This document shows, in pieces, positions 50,722-63,015 of a stretch of DNA of 64,000 bases. The DNA comes from Utricularia gibba (taxonomy: Eukaryota > Plantae > Magnoliophyta). How positions within the stretch are numbered: position 1 is the first letter of the stretch; every line of letters starts with the position of its first letter. The notes beneath the pieces were generated by a model. It was given only the letters and a program-made list of their open reading frames with translations, did no database searches and was not told the origin of the DNA. The position numbers and the translations under genes are program-made. The DNA is taken from contig NEEC01000008.1 in the NCBI GenBank assembly GCA_002189035.1, positions 2,790,001-2,854,000 of the forward strand. Reading direction: 5' to 3'.

Positions 50722-51708
50722 GACACGTGGCAGTTAGCACTCTGCACGTTGCCAACCCGCGTCTTCTTGAATTTTTTAAATGTATACAAATTAATTAATA
50801 TAATTAGTTATTTACCAATAAGTTAAATGAAATCAATTCAATAAATTCGGGAAAAAAAAGAAGAGGCCCTTGGATTTGAAAGGTGAAGCCCTCCGGCGTC
50901 GCCTCCGCCGGCGGGCGCGGCGCGGAAGCGACTGGAGATATCAGTCGCGTTCGCAGATGAGTCAAAGTTGCAGAAATCCTGCCGCCAAAATCCTACGCAG
51001 ATGGAATCTTGATCCTGCTTCTTGCCTGCTTTGTCATGCGCTTTGTCTCGGGATCTTCGGCATCTCTCTTCTTTTTCCCCAAACGCTGCTTCTTCTCCCC
51101 CAATTACACACATACCGACCGCACTCACCCCTCCATCTTTCCAAAAAATTAAAAATAATTTTGCGCCACATAAACATTTAGTAAGAAAAATTTTAATGAT
51201 TTCATAAAATTTACGCCCAGGCGGATCGGGTGCCCATTTTTGGCGCGTGGATGGGACGGGCGCCGGTTTCGATGAGCATTTTCCCGCCATTTATTCCCGC
51301 CGGATTCCATAAAACCCTCTCAACTGCATTTGATAAAATCTGTTATCCAGGCTACCCGGAATTAATGAACTCGGATGAATAAATTTTAATAATAAATATT
51401 TACCTTCAATTTTAAAATTCGCGACGAATATAATTAATTAATTACTAAAAAAAGGTGTGATTTTCTGTCAAGCACTTGTTCCCTCACATGGAGCCGTACG
51501 CATTGAATTTACGTTGGCTTGGGAGTGCCGCGATTAACGAGAAGTGGGCCCCCCGGTTGCGTCAACATTACACAACACACCTACTTTATTTTTATCCATT
51601 TATTTATTTGAAAGAAAATTACATATACGTATAATAGTTTTTTATATGAATATAATAAGAGTTTTCTGTGACGGACTTGGTACAGGTGCCACGTGTCGAT
51701 GACGTGGC
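50722..51708. promoter_or_regulatory. Cluster of ABRE/G-box and E2F-like sites in a divergent intergenic region
   Basis: GACACGTGGC 50722-50731, GCCACGTGTC 51688-51697, TGACGTGGC 51700-51708, TTTGGCGCG 51239-51247 and TTTCCCGCC 51280-51288. These are motif matches only. Confidence 0.5.
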
Positions 51709-52331
51709 TGGGGGTGCATCCCATGAGGCATGCGTGACGCTGGCCAATCATGTGGCGTCTTTATTTAACTACGTGCCATAATTGGGAGTCCGTACCTGAG
51801 GAACTAATCACGCGCTACATCCCCGTTGTTTTCGGGATTTATTTCGACATTTACTTGCTAACATATTTGTTCCTTTCATTTCTACATCACAATGGTCACG
51901 TTTTTGTGAGGAATTGCGCACGAGGTTGTGTGTTGTGGGCGCCGGAGTCGGTTGCCATCTTCGTATTTTTTGAAAAATTATTTCTAATTAAATTCTATAT
52001 TTTCTGAAAAATAAAAACCAATTTTAAATTTTTACTTTTTCTTATAACAAAACTAATTGTGAAAATAAAAATCGTTTGAAAGAAAGTCTGAATTTGAAAT
52101 GTAAAAAATTCCAAATTGGCGTAGGGTTTGTCATTTCCAAAAAAATCCCAAATGTGAGCGTAGGAAATGGGCTCCGTTGTTGGGCCTTGGATCAAACTGA
52201 AGGGAGGGTCCATACGGGAGCCCAAGTTGTTCAGAAAAAAGAAATTCTTGGCTGCTCCGAGAGGACTTGGCGGTTTCGTCTTTGGATTTTCGTAAGCAAT
52301 GAAGAGAAGTTGAGGTCGTCGGTGGATTACC

Positions 52332-53213
52332 ATGTCGATGCTGCAATTCTCTCTGCCGTGTCATTCATCGAGGATATGCATTTCGCCGCCAATTTCGATT
52401 TCATGGGCGCCCCAAAATCAATTTCTAAGCATCAAACCCTTCATCATCTGCCCATCGTCCGTCCCTTTCAAAACGACGCAGATTCGGATGGGCGGTGGTC
52501 CTCGAACGTTCCCAGGAGGAGTATCGAAGTGGCAGTGGAAGCGAATGCAAGCCAAGAAAGCGAAGCAGCTGCTTAAAGCCCGTTTGGCTAGAGACCGTCA
52601 GATATACGAGATGAGGAAGCGGGCGGAGCTTAAAGCGGCTGTATCCGAACTTGAGCGTCCGTGGGAGACTGTTGAGAGGCCGCCGAATTTGTTCTCCGTC
52701 ACCGCTGATGAGCAGTTGAAGGTGTTGGCGGATAGGTTTCAGAAGCCTGGTGGTCTTGATTTGTGGTCGGAAAATGACGGCCCGCAGCTCTTTAGACCTG
52801 ATAATGGATTGCCCTCTGCGAGGTTTTTTCCGAAAGGAGTTGTTCATAGCATCAAACCGTATGGGAAAATTGAAGACAGGGATAGAATTTCTGAAGAGTC
52901 GTCGAGTTGGGGTTTGAATCAGAATGAAGAAAGTGGTGGAAGTGATAAGGAAATGGGGATTCAGAGAAGGGGTTACTTCAAGAATTCCAGGAGTAGCAAC
53001 AATGGCGGTTCAAGTAGAAGATCAAATCCCACTCCCAATTCCGAGAAGGGTGTTGTAAGAGATGATAAAAGACGAAACCTTGATGAAAAGATTAGAGACA
53101 CGAAGCATAGAGAAGCTTATGAACCAGCCAAGTTTAATAACAAAGTTGGTTGGAGGAACAGCAGATATCAGAAACACGAAGATGAGAATGCAGAGATCAA
53201 TGGGTTCTTCTGA
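52332..53213 (+). CDS. EMB1513: Organelle-targeted protein consisting of the domain found N-terminally in RH48/RH33-type DEAD-box helicases, without a helicase core (EMB1513-like)
   Basis: Intronless 293 aa with a transit-peptide-like start, then MGGGPRTFPGGVSKWQWKRMQ..RQIYEMRKRAELKAAVSELERPWE..ADRFQKPGG.DLW..SARFFPKGVVHSIKPY. The gene symbol is from recall. Confidence 0.8.
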   Translation: MSMLQFSLPCHSSRICISPPISISWAPQNQFLSIKPFIICPSSVPFKTTQIRMGGGPRTFPGGVSKWQWKRMQAKKAKQLLKARLARDRQIYEMRKRAELKAAVSELERPWETVERPPNLFSVTADEQLKVLADRFQKPGGLDLWSENDGPQLFRPDNGLPSARFFPKGVVHSIKPYGKIEDRDRISEESSSWGLNQNEESGGSDKEMGIQRRGYFKNSRSSNNGGSSRRSNPTPNSEKGVVRDDKRRNLDEKIRDTKHREAYEPAKFNNKVGWRNSRYQKHEDENAEINGFF

Positions 53214-54531
53214 AATGGAATGTTTATAATTGTTTAACTGTGGAATGCATCTGTGAATTTTGTGATGCTGAAATCTATATGTTGAACTGTGGAATGTAAG
53301 AAATGTGAGCATATGTTATGTTGGAAGTGAAGCATTGATAATGAACGCTCATTTTCTTCTAGAGAAGATTGCAACTCTGGCCACTATGTTTCCTTGACCC
53401 GTTGTTCTAGATCAGTTTTTTTAGACCAGATACACTTCAGATTGGATTTCAATAACGTAATCAGGATGAGAATTAGTAACATGTTTTAATTGCTAGCTTT
53501 CTCCACTGCATCTGGATTCATTGTTAAGATCTTCAGTGCTGTCTACTTTCTTACAAAGCATCACACTCCATCTGGTCTTCTGATACACCAGAGGAAGCCG
53601 AGACATGTTTAGCTCATGCCTCGTGCTTCCAGTCCAGCCCTGAACACTGATTTAAACTCTTATGGAAACTTCACCTTCCATTAGAGTGTTAGTGGGATTG
53701 ACTTCCACTACCACAGTTTTCAAATCTCATCAGAAAAAACCACTACACAAACGGAGTCAACTGAAACCACTGAGGCACAGTTTACATTTGATGGATGGAT
53801 CAATCTGAACCCACCAAGGACGGTCGTGTTTCCTTGGGGTTAAAGTTGAGGTGAAAATAATGCAGGGTTCCAATTCCACTGTACTTCCACCGAATAAAGA
53901 AACGCTTCCCTTCTCATCCTTTCAAATAGTCTATTGGGGAAGAAAATGATTCTCCATCTGAATAAAAAAACAAAAGGTGGTTTCTTTCTTCCGGGTCTAC
54001 GAAGAACCATCATGTATGAGAAAAACACGTATTAAAAAAGGAGGATTCACGACTCCTTTTTGTCTGGAGATGGATCTGATCTTCTTTGTCTCTCTACCTT
54101 TCACAAGATCATATCTCATGCCATGCATGTCATACTGTAGGATGGCAAAAAGTATTCGACCAGAAGCGGGGGTGCATGGATACCGGCAGCAATTCGAGTC
54201 CCTGCATCAAAAGCAAGTAGCCGTGTCCGATTCTCAACAAAAAAGCATCCCTATGTCGACACGGCCGCAGACTGGTTGTTGCATCGTCTCATCACTTGCC
54301 CCTGTAATGGAAAACCCACTTGAAATTTGACGCACCCAAATCAAATATTCACAGTCATTTGTAATAATGACCACTTATTCCAGGTATGATCAATCATCAC
54401 CTAAACAATTGTAATAATAATATTTTTTGACAATTTTTCAATCAAGGAAGTTGCGTTTGTAGGCTATATAAGCAGTAGTTCCTGAGATTTGCAGAAACTC
54501 AGAACTGAAAAGTTGGACGGGGGACGGAGAC

Positions 54532-56467
54532 ATGGGAGTTGAGGAATCGTTGAGCCGCCGTGAACCAGAACCGGAACCAGACGACGACCGATGGGTGTAC
54601 AGTTCTTGCGTCGACTACCATGGACGAATACCGCTGCGAGCTTCTACTGGTTCATGGAAAGCTGCCCTCTTCATCATTGGTAAACAGAAACAGGAACCTC
54701 TTTCTCTCTGTGTTTCTGTTTTTTTACCAGTGTTCATTTCGAGCTTGTTTTTGCTCATGGCAGCGATTGAATTTAGTGAAAGGCTAAGTTACTTCGGAAT
54801 ATCCACCGCTCTGATTATTTACCTCACCAAAGTTCTCCATCAAGACATCCAAACCGCGGCCAAAAGCGTCAATTACTGGATCGGGGTGACGACGATGATG
54901 CCCCTCATCGGAGGATTCATCGCAGACGCCTACCTCGGTTGCTTCCACACCGTCCTGGCGTCCTCCATAGTTTACATCATGGTGATTCATCGCAAAATCT
55001 CTCTATACTCCGCATCGGAGATACGTCATTGCGTCAGACATGCTCTGCTTTCCCTTGTGTACGTAACAATTTTGTTCGACACAGGGCTTGCTGTTGTTGA
55101 CGATGTCGAGAGCGATCCCGAGTTTAAGGCCTGGCGATAACCAGAGGGTCCATGGCGTCATTTTTTTCATTTCCATATACATGATTTCGGTGGGCACCGG
55201 AGGGCACAAGCCGGCGCTTGAGAGTTTCGGGGCGGATCAGTTTGACGAGCATCATGCCGGAGAACGGAAACAGAGGATGTCCTTCTTTAATTGGTGGAAT
55301 TTCGCTATTTCGTGCGGATGTCTTCTGGGTGTCACTGTGATTGTTTACATTCAGGATAATATCAGCTGGCTTTCAGCTGACGTTGTCCTTACGTCGGCTA
55401 TGCTGCTGTCGTCGATAGTTTTCATGCTCGGACGCCGGTTTTTTCGGTCTCGGAAACCCATGGGGAGTCCGCTGGTTCCTCTCTTTCAGGTGCTTGCTGC
55501 GGCGGTTGCGAAAAGGAAACTTCACGACCCCCGTCGCCGGACCAGCTCTACGAGGTTCCGAAGTCGGAGATGGCGCGGGGGGAAAGGCTTCTCCCGCACA
55601 CCCACAAGCTAAAGTATCTCTCATTTGCTTCCCGTTGGATCTCCTTTAGAACATACTGAACGAGTTGCTGTTATTTGATCTCCAAGGTTTCTGGATAAAG
55701 CTGCGATTGTTGAAGAAGACAAAGGGGAGCAGGGTCCATGGCGACTGGCAGCAGTGACGAAAGTAGAAGAATTGAAGCTCATCATCAACATGATCCCTAT
55801 TTGGGTAACCGCTCTCCCATTCGGAATCTGCATCGCACAAACAAGCACGTTCTTCATCAAACAGAGCACCACAATGAACCGCCGAATCACCCCGGATTTC
55901 GTCATCCCGCCGGCGTCGATCTACGCCATCACCCCTGTCGGATTGATATTCGCCGTCACTGTATACGACAGACTCCTAGTCCCCTGTTTACGGAGAGTCA
56001 CCGGAAACGAGCGGGGCATCAAAATCCTCCACCGAATCGGAATCGGAATGGCCTTCTCCGTGGTATCCATGGTCGTCGCAGCCCTAATCGAGAGAAAGCG
56101 GCTCAACTCCAGGACCCCGTTAGGGATTTTCTGGTTGGCGCCGCAGTTTCTGATAATCGGGATCGGAGATGCGTTCGCGATTGTGGGTTTGCAGGAGTAT
56201 TTCTACGATCAGGTCCCGGAGTCGATGCGAAGCTTGGGTATCGCATTCTACCTGAGTGTCATCGGAGCGGCGAACTTCCTGAGCAGCCTTCTGATCACGG
56301 TAGTTGATCGCGTTACAGACAAGATGGGGAAGAATTGGTTCGCTATGGATCTCAATTCCAGTCACCTTGATCGATTCTACTGGCTTTTGGCAGCTATCGG
56401 AGCCACCAATATTTGCGTCTACGCCGCCGTTGCCCGTCGTTACGTTAACAAGAATGTGATGGTGTAA
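54532..56467 (+). CDS. NPF5: NRT1/PTR family transporter, NPF5 clade; exons 54532-54679, 54764-54981, 55085-55613, 55687-56467; 1-nt deletion at 55528-55532
   Basis: ExxER motif (IEFSERLSYFG), GGFIADAYLG, GTGGHKPALESFGADQFD, SFFNWW, QTSTFFIKQ, GLQEYFYDQVPESMRSLG and LDRFYWLLA. Confidence 0.95.
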
Positions 56468-56512
56468 TTAATTTATGATAATATAATATACTAATAATTT
56501 CTCGAATATCTT

Positions 56513-56586
56513 GTCTGGGTGGTGTAGTTGGTTATCACGCTAGTCTCACACACTAGAGGTCCCCGGTTCGAACCCGGGCTCAGACA
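56513..56586 (+). tRNA. tRNA-Val (anticodon CAC)
   Basis: Acceptor stem GTCTGGG/CTCAGAC, D arm, anticodon arm CTAGT-CT-CAC-AC-ACTAG and T arm CCCGG-TTCGAAC-CCGGG. Confidence 0.98.
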
Positions 56587-56592
56587 ATCAGC

Positions 56593-56600
56593 TTTTTTTT
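56593..56600 (+). terminator. Pol III oligo-T terminator of tRNA-Val
   Basis: A T8 run begins 6 nt after the discriminator base. Confidence 0.85.
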
Positions 56601-57194
56601 GCCTCTTATATGGCAACAGAGGGAAACTGTCATTACTAATATATCATAATATTTCATGTTTATTTTCTTATTTTTTTGTGTTAAAATCTATTAATATTGA
56701 ACAAATTAAATAATTATTTATTGGAATATTTGCTTTTAATCTTTTTTAAAATCCGATGAAATTAGTTACTGGAGAAGCAAGTTGTGTTGAAACCCATTGC
56801 CCAGACCGACGAGAAGCTAAAGCTGCCAAACAACACTGAGACAGAGAAGAAAAGATGCCTGAATTCATCTGCAGAAAAGCACCGCCTCAATAATCCACCG
56901 TTTGTTACCTTAACTGTCTCGCTGAGGATCGGCAAAAGATCAATTTTTTCCCCATCCCGGCTTCAGTTTTGATTGTTCTACGATTAGTATTCTCTTGCTT
57001 TTTTTTTTTTAATTCTGTTGGTTTTGGGAATCAGTTCGAAATTAGTTTGATTTTGACCGTGTAACTAGACGAAGAATCAGGGGAAATTGGGGGATTGCAT
57101 CTCTCTTGTGATATGCGATGGTTGAAAATTTTGAAGAATTTGGGAATTTAGGGGTTTGACGGAGGCCCCTTTGGAAGGTTAAGGGTTTCTGAAG

Positions 57195-58095
57195 ATGAAG
57201 GATCTGTTGGGTTGCCCTGGGAGTGTCAGTGGATTGCTATTAAGAATTGGGCAGTCCTTATTTGCCGCTGCTTCTGTTGGAGCTATGGTTTCTGCGAGTG
57301 GATTCTCCAACTTCACTGCGTTTTGGTATTCCTGAGTTCACTCCCTGGTTTTACTTTGTCCCAGCTTATGTCTGCTTTCTTTATATGGATGGTTTTACCT
57401 AAAACGTTCAAATTCTGTGTTTCTATACTTGAGGTTTTCTGTGGCTTGTTTTCGAAATTCATGATTGTGATAAATTGGGATTTGTCATTTCTTCCTGCAT
57501 TTGCTCCTTGAAATGATGTTGATTTTCTGTTGTATTCGCTTTTGAATTATGTTTATCATAAGGAACTCATGGAAGAGCGGAGTCCCCTTCTATGGAAACA
57601 ACTTTTATTCTTGTTATAGAACAAACCCACCATTCAAATTTGACAACAACAGATTCTTCTTAAGCTAGGTTGTGACATCATATCTGTTTGTGTGTTCAGC
57701 TATCTAATTGCATCAATGGGGCTTCAAGTTCTGTGGAGCTTTGCACTTGCCGGCCTTGACATCTACTCTCTATGTACCAAAAGAGACATCAGAAATCCCG
57801 TTCTTGTTAGCCTCTTTGTCGTGGGTGACTGGGTATTCCCTCTTCCCCTCCACAGTTGCAAAGTTGAATCACCTATGAACCATCCTTACTTGCAGGTCAC
57901 AGCCGCGCTCTCTCTGGCGGCAGCGTGTTCATCCGCCGGATCGCAGTTTTGTATGCCAAGGACTTGAACTACTGCACGGGACAAGCACATCTTCCATGCC
58001 TTAGATTCGAGCTCTCTATAGCACTGGCTTTCGTTACATGGCTGTTTGCTGCCATTTCTTCCCATGTCATGTTTTGGATCTTAGCTTCTCTTTGA
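57195..58095 (+). CDS. CASPL5: CASP-like protein, group 5 (CASPL5B-like), 3 exons; 1-nt deletion at 57938-57939
   Basis: [56 protein letters not shown]. After restoring one G: [34 protein letters not shown]-stop. Confidence 0.92.
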
Positions 58096-61000
58096 AACAT
58101 CCCTCTGTGCGCTTGCTGACGTTTGTTATCAGCTTGTTGAAGATTTTGCTGCTCACTTCCTTCTCCATTCTTCAGAAACACTTCTCTACCCATTTGCCAA
58201 GGTCGTGCTCGAATCGGAAGCCGATCGCTGGTAGTTGGATCAGAACTTCACCGTACTTTCTGACTCCAGCAAGATGCTTTTTTTTCAATAGAAAGATTAA
58301 AATTTTCATTTTATTAATGGTATTGACATTCTAATATAAAAATAAAATTATTAAAATGGTTGATTTCAGATATATTTATTGAATTGTAAAAAATGATTTA
58401 TCATTCATTAAATATGTATGATCACTCAAATTAGTAAATATTGAAATTAAGAATTCAATAAATCATATATTCAAATTAGTAGATGTTAAAATTAAAAATT
58501 CAATAAAATAAATAAATATACGTAAAATTCAAATATATAATAAACTTAAATCATATTACAAAATAATAATACTTATTTATTTTAATATAAAATTATTTGT
58601 TATAATAATAATAAATTAATACCCACTATGCCCTTTCCGCATGTTGGTAAACAAATGAATCTTGAACCTGACCCACGTCAAAGTACGGACGTTCTCAAAA
58701 CCACGCATGGAAATGTTTTGATCTTGCCCATGGGTTTAGAAATAAGATCTTTTCTGCGTCTTGAGAGATGTGGCGAAGTTAGAGCCACACAACAAACCAA
58801 AAGAGTTTTGACAACCCTGAATCGATCATCCCGCAAAATCCAAGATTGCTGCCACGCCAATAGCTGTCTGATTTCAGGCATTCGATCTGTTGATATCTCG
58901 GGAAGGCTCATGTACCTTGAAAGCCACATTTTTTGCAGGAACAACCAATCAAAATCGTTTGTCTCTTTGCACATTCAATCATATTTGTAACTCTTGGTGG
59001 GAATCAGTGTTTTCAACTTCTGTTTTTGGGAAGGATTTGAATCAGGATGCCACTGAGAACTTCTTTGAATATTTTACTTCACTTGAACTGGGGGGATATA
59101 AATCTAGGGTTTTCTCACAATACCTGTTGTTTTCATATGGACTGCAGTGACAGATTGAGCTCACAAAATGTTTCTCAATATTATACTCGATGTTCATTTT
59201 CGATGTGGAATATTGAACCAGGTATGACGTTATGTCTTAGTTTTCTCTCTTTTTTTTTTTTTTGGAACGCAGAGATGCACTTGTTGATTGGTCGTTCTTT
59301 CAAGCTTATGCATTATTAGGTCTCCTTTTCGACATTTCAGCCTTTCTTCTTTTTCCCTACGTCTTCTCTGGTTGTTTGTTAGCTTTTGTGGTTCATTCCA
59401 AACAAGTTGAGATTAGAAAACATTCTTATTCAACTGGAATGCTGAAAAAGAAATGTGGATCCAGAATAAGCTGGGGATCGATCAGGGAGAAAACAAATGG
59501 AAATTCCAAACATTAACACACAATGGCATAGTTCTCTGGTAAGTTTTGCTTACCTCATTTTAGGGCTTAAACTAGAACTTAGGTTCTTTAGCAGAGTAAC
59601 AATAAACCGAATGCCAAATTTCTGATTGAAGTTCTGAACTGTTGCTCATTACAAAGTTCATCATTCACGATTCTCGGTATGCTTCAAGAGCTTCCAACAA
59701 TGGTGATTGAGTAGGTTATGGATGGATTGTGCCCTCAAGATCCACCCCTTGGCCAAAATCACAACTTCACTTAGGCATTTCTCAAGAAGAATTTAAGGCT
59801 GTCTCTTCTTGCATCCCCACAGACTGTTCTCTCTTTCCTTTTGACACTGCATCTGAGCTAGGTTGAGATTCATGCTGTATAATTTTAACCGAATCCGGAG
59901 CCTGGAGGAGGAGGAGAAGTAAACACAAAGATTATTGAGTTTTGGGTTGGCTCCAATTTGGTTCTCTATGCGCATTCACAAGCCAACCCAAGGCTGTCAA
60001 GGACCATTTTTGGAGATTGTGAATCTTGTGTTGCAGCTCCATTTCTGGAGATTGTACTGGCCGTCAAGGGCCAGTTCCACTTGTTACTTCCTAAACTTCC
60101 CCCAATGTGTTAGAACATGCACTTGTTCCTGCTGAAATTCCTTAGAACGCATCTATTACCAGATGGGAATCATCTCAGCTATAAAAAGCACTTGAACCAC
60201 TAGTAAATGACTCGGAATTCATCGGCCTTCCTGCTTCAGACAAGTGCGCAGCCTGGTGTCTAAACCATGTCGCGTTCAAAGTGGGTCAATCAGACACGCC
60301 AAAACCCTCGCGCATTCTTCCGGTGGATGCTATAAAAGGCGATGACACCACCACCTGCTCTTCCGCTTTACAGATACAACATTGGATTAAAATATGCATG
60401 CAGAAACAAATTCCTGCTGTGAAATATCTGGTCAAGCTTTTTAGCCGGCCCAGTGTTAGAATCATTTTTGGTGCATAGTGTATGGATTTTTGCAAGGCGT
60501 TCAAATGCCATGAAACTCGTTGAATTGAATACATGTCTTAAACGGTCACTCTATTACATTAAAAAAAGGTTTTTTTAACACTGCTACACTCGGGGAACAA
60601 AAAAAATACTTCTTTTTTTAACCAATTGTACTTTTCTGATTGAGCATTAACCCTAAATTTAATAAATGTGATCGATTCTTACAAGTTTTTACAAAAATGA
60701 AAAAAAGTAGATATAAAACATGATGTTATTGTCTTGAATTTTTTTTTATTGAACAAAATTATGCTCATTCTTATTAGAACACAATCCCATATCATAAAAT
60801 GAAATTAATCAATTGAATCTATTTTTTTAATTTGTTGCAAGTTTTTTATTTATTTGAACTTCATGTATACCCCCAATCTATAGGATTCTTAATTTCAATA
60901 AAACATGTGTTTCATGCTGGCATGAGGATTGATTAAAAAAACAAAATAAAGAGATTCATTGAACTTAGACAACAAAAATTATCTATAATTATAAAAAAAA

Positions 61001-61404
61001 TCTAAGTTTTAATCAAAGCAAAGATCGATTCGACTTAAGGTTGACTATTAGAACAAATAATTGTACATCAACATTTGAAAATGAAATAATTAAGTATATA
61101 AGAAATTAAATATCAATAATAATTTGTTAACTATAATCTTTTCTAATATGATACATATCTATTATGAACTTGGGTTTTTCATGTAATCATCCGATTTTAT
61201 CGAATCCTTAATTTTAAAAATTCTAATTAGTTTTAGGGTTGATTTGTCGATGAACAAAAGAAAATGTTTAAGTCCAGGCTAGGTGATTATTTAATCTGAT
61301 GCAATGTCCTTTGGAACCCTACCCAGAACTACTATGTTTTCTCCTCACACTAATGCATATATAGTCCTCGTCAAATCACACTTTGGGTGTCGAGATCTTC
61401 ATAA

Positions 61405-61803
61405 ATGGAGGAGGGAGGTGAAAATCAACAAGGTGAGCATGCATCACTGCCAAGGTATTCTTATCCTTGCAGGTTTTGCAACCGAGTGCTCATATCTGCT
61501 CCAGCTTTGGGTGGCCATATGAATGTACACAGAGTAGAAAGAGCCAAGTTGAAGCAATCCCTGAACTCTCCCCAGCTCCAGGATGCCGCGTACCGCAGCA
61601 CCCTGCTTCTGTTTCCTCCGAGTAGGAACGTCTATGCATCGACCCTCAACGGGAAGACAAAGGGAAATGTGGAAATCGGTAGCTGCAAGAAGAAGAAGGT
61701 CGAGGGAAAACTCTCGTGGCCTCATTCGTCTCAGGAGGTGGATGTGGATCTCGAGTTGAGACTGGGACACAACCCGAATCTTGGTGACGACATTGACCAC
61801 TGA
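61405..61803 (+). CDS. SUPERMAN/ZFP-like single C2H2 zinc-finger repressor with EAR motif; variant finger
   Basis: [30 protein letters not shown] and C-terminal VDLELRLG. Confidence 0.9.
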   Translation: MEEGGENQQGEHASLPRYSYPCRFCNRVLISAPALGGHMNVHRVERAKLKQSLNSPQLQDAAYRSTLLLFPPSRNVYASTLNGKTKGNVEIGSCKKKKVEGKLSWPHSSQEVDVDLELRLGHNPNLGDDIDH

Positions 61804-63015
61804 ATCAGGGAAAGATTTGAACAGCAGATCCAGGTTTTTGTCTGAAGTTCATCTCCTCAGAAGCATTCCTTCTCTTCGTTATCACTTTCTGTCAGTGGAT
61901 AAACCCCTTTTCACTTTTCCAAACAAGTAAAGAACCGAAAAACAGGATGAGATACAACACTTTTACTGGTTTGTGGGAGCAGAGTAACAAGTGACATGAT
62001 CAATCATCACATGTATTAGAAAAATAAGTTATTTATAGAGAAAAATATTCATCGTATATATAAAAAATTGATTTTAGTAAATAAAGTATAAAGTTTTCAA
62101 AATGATCACCATACATATAATAAATTCATCACTGCCCTCAATGGCTTTAGCCACTCACAAATCCAGCTTCTAGGGCTTATTTAATACACTATTTTGAATT
62201 ATTTTGATAAGATTTTCATTTTTCAAATCCCACAATCTTTTAAAGGTGGCTTTATCTTAAACATGCAATTTCCTTTATTTATTTTTCTATTAATTAAATA
62301 TCATATAAAAATTAAAATCTCTTACACAATATTTTCTAAACCCAACATTTCTTGTTTCAATGAGAATTTTTTTGTGCCCTACACCAAAGTTAAGGTGTGC
62401 TTTTGCTCAACTTGTCCAAGTTAAGTGTTCCATGATTATAATCATCTTATTTTGCAATATCTTTCACGTAAGCATTTTATTATTTTTCATTTTGACGTTC
62501 TAAAATGAAGAGTGAGGGATCCATTGGGCCGGTTCCTTTATTTGACCGGTAGCTCTTCCAATTTGCCGTTGGCCCATAAAGCCCATTGGGCATTGAAGCT
62601 AATAATCAGTTTAAATATATAAAATTAATAGAAATTGAAACATGATTAGAATATTTGAAAGTTCAAATTTAATATATATAATAATAATAATTAAAAAGAA
62701 ATATTTTTAAAAAAATTGGATTAAATATGCCAATTTTAAATTATGCAATCAAAATATAAGTTTTAAATAATATTAAAAACTGATTTTAAAATTTTTAAAA
62801 AAAATAATCGATTTCTCAATTTCCGAAATTGAAAATAATACGTCGAGAGTTCATCCAATAATTTATACCTATGCAAAAGCCTATGCTTGGGTTTCGACAG
62901 CCCTAGCTTTTTTCTGAGGAAAAGCCATTTGACCGGAGCTCCGGCAGCGGCCATTGTTGAGATTCAGACAAGCCAAACCTGAAACTTCAACTGCTTGTTC
63001 CCCCATCATTCAGAC

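Noticed and set aside
50838-51290. 150-aa minus-strand ORF in the intergenic region
   Set aside because: It crosses an AT-rich tract, has no recognisable motif and coincides with cis-element-rich promoter DNA.
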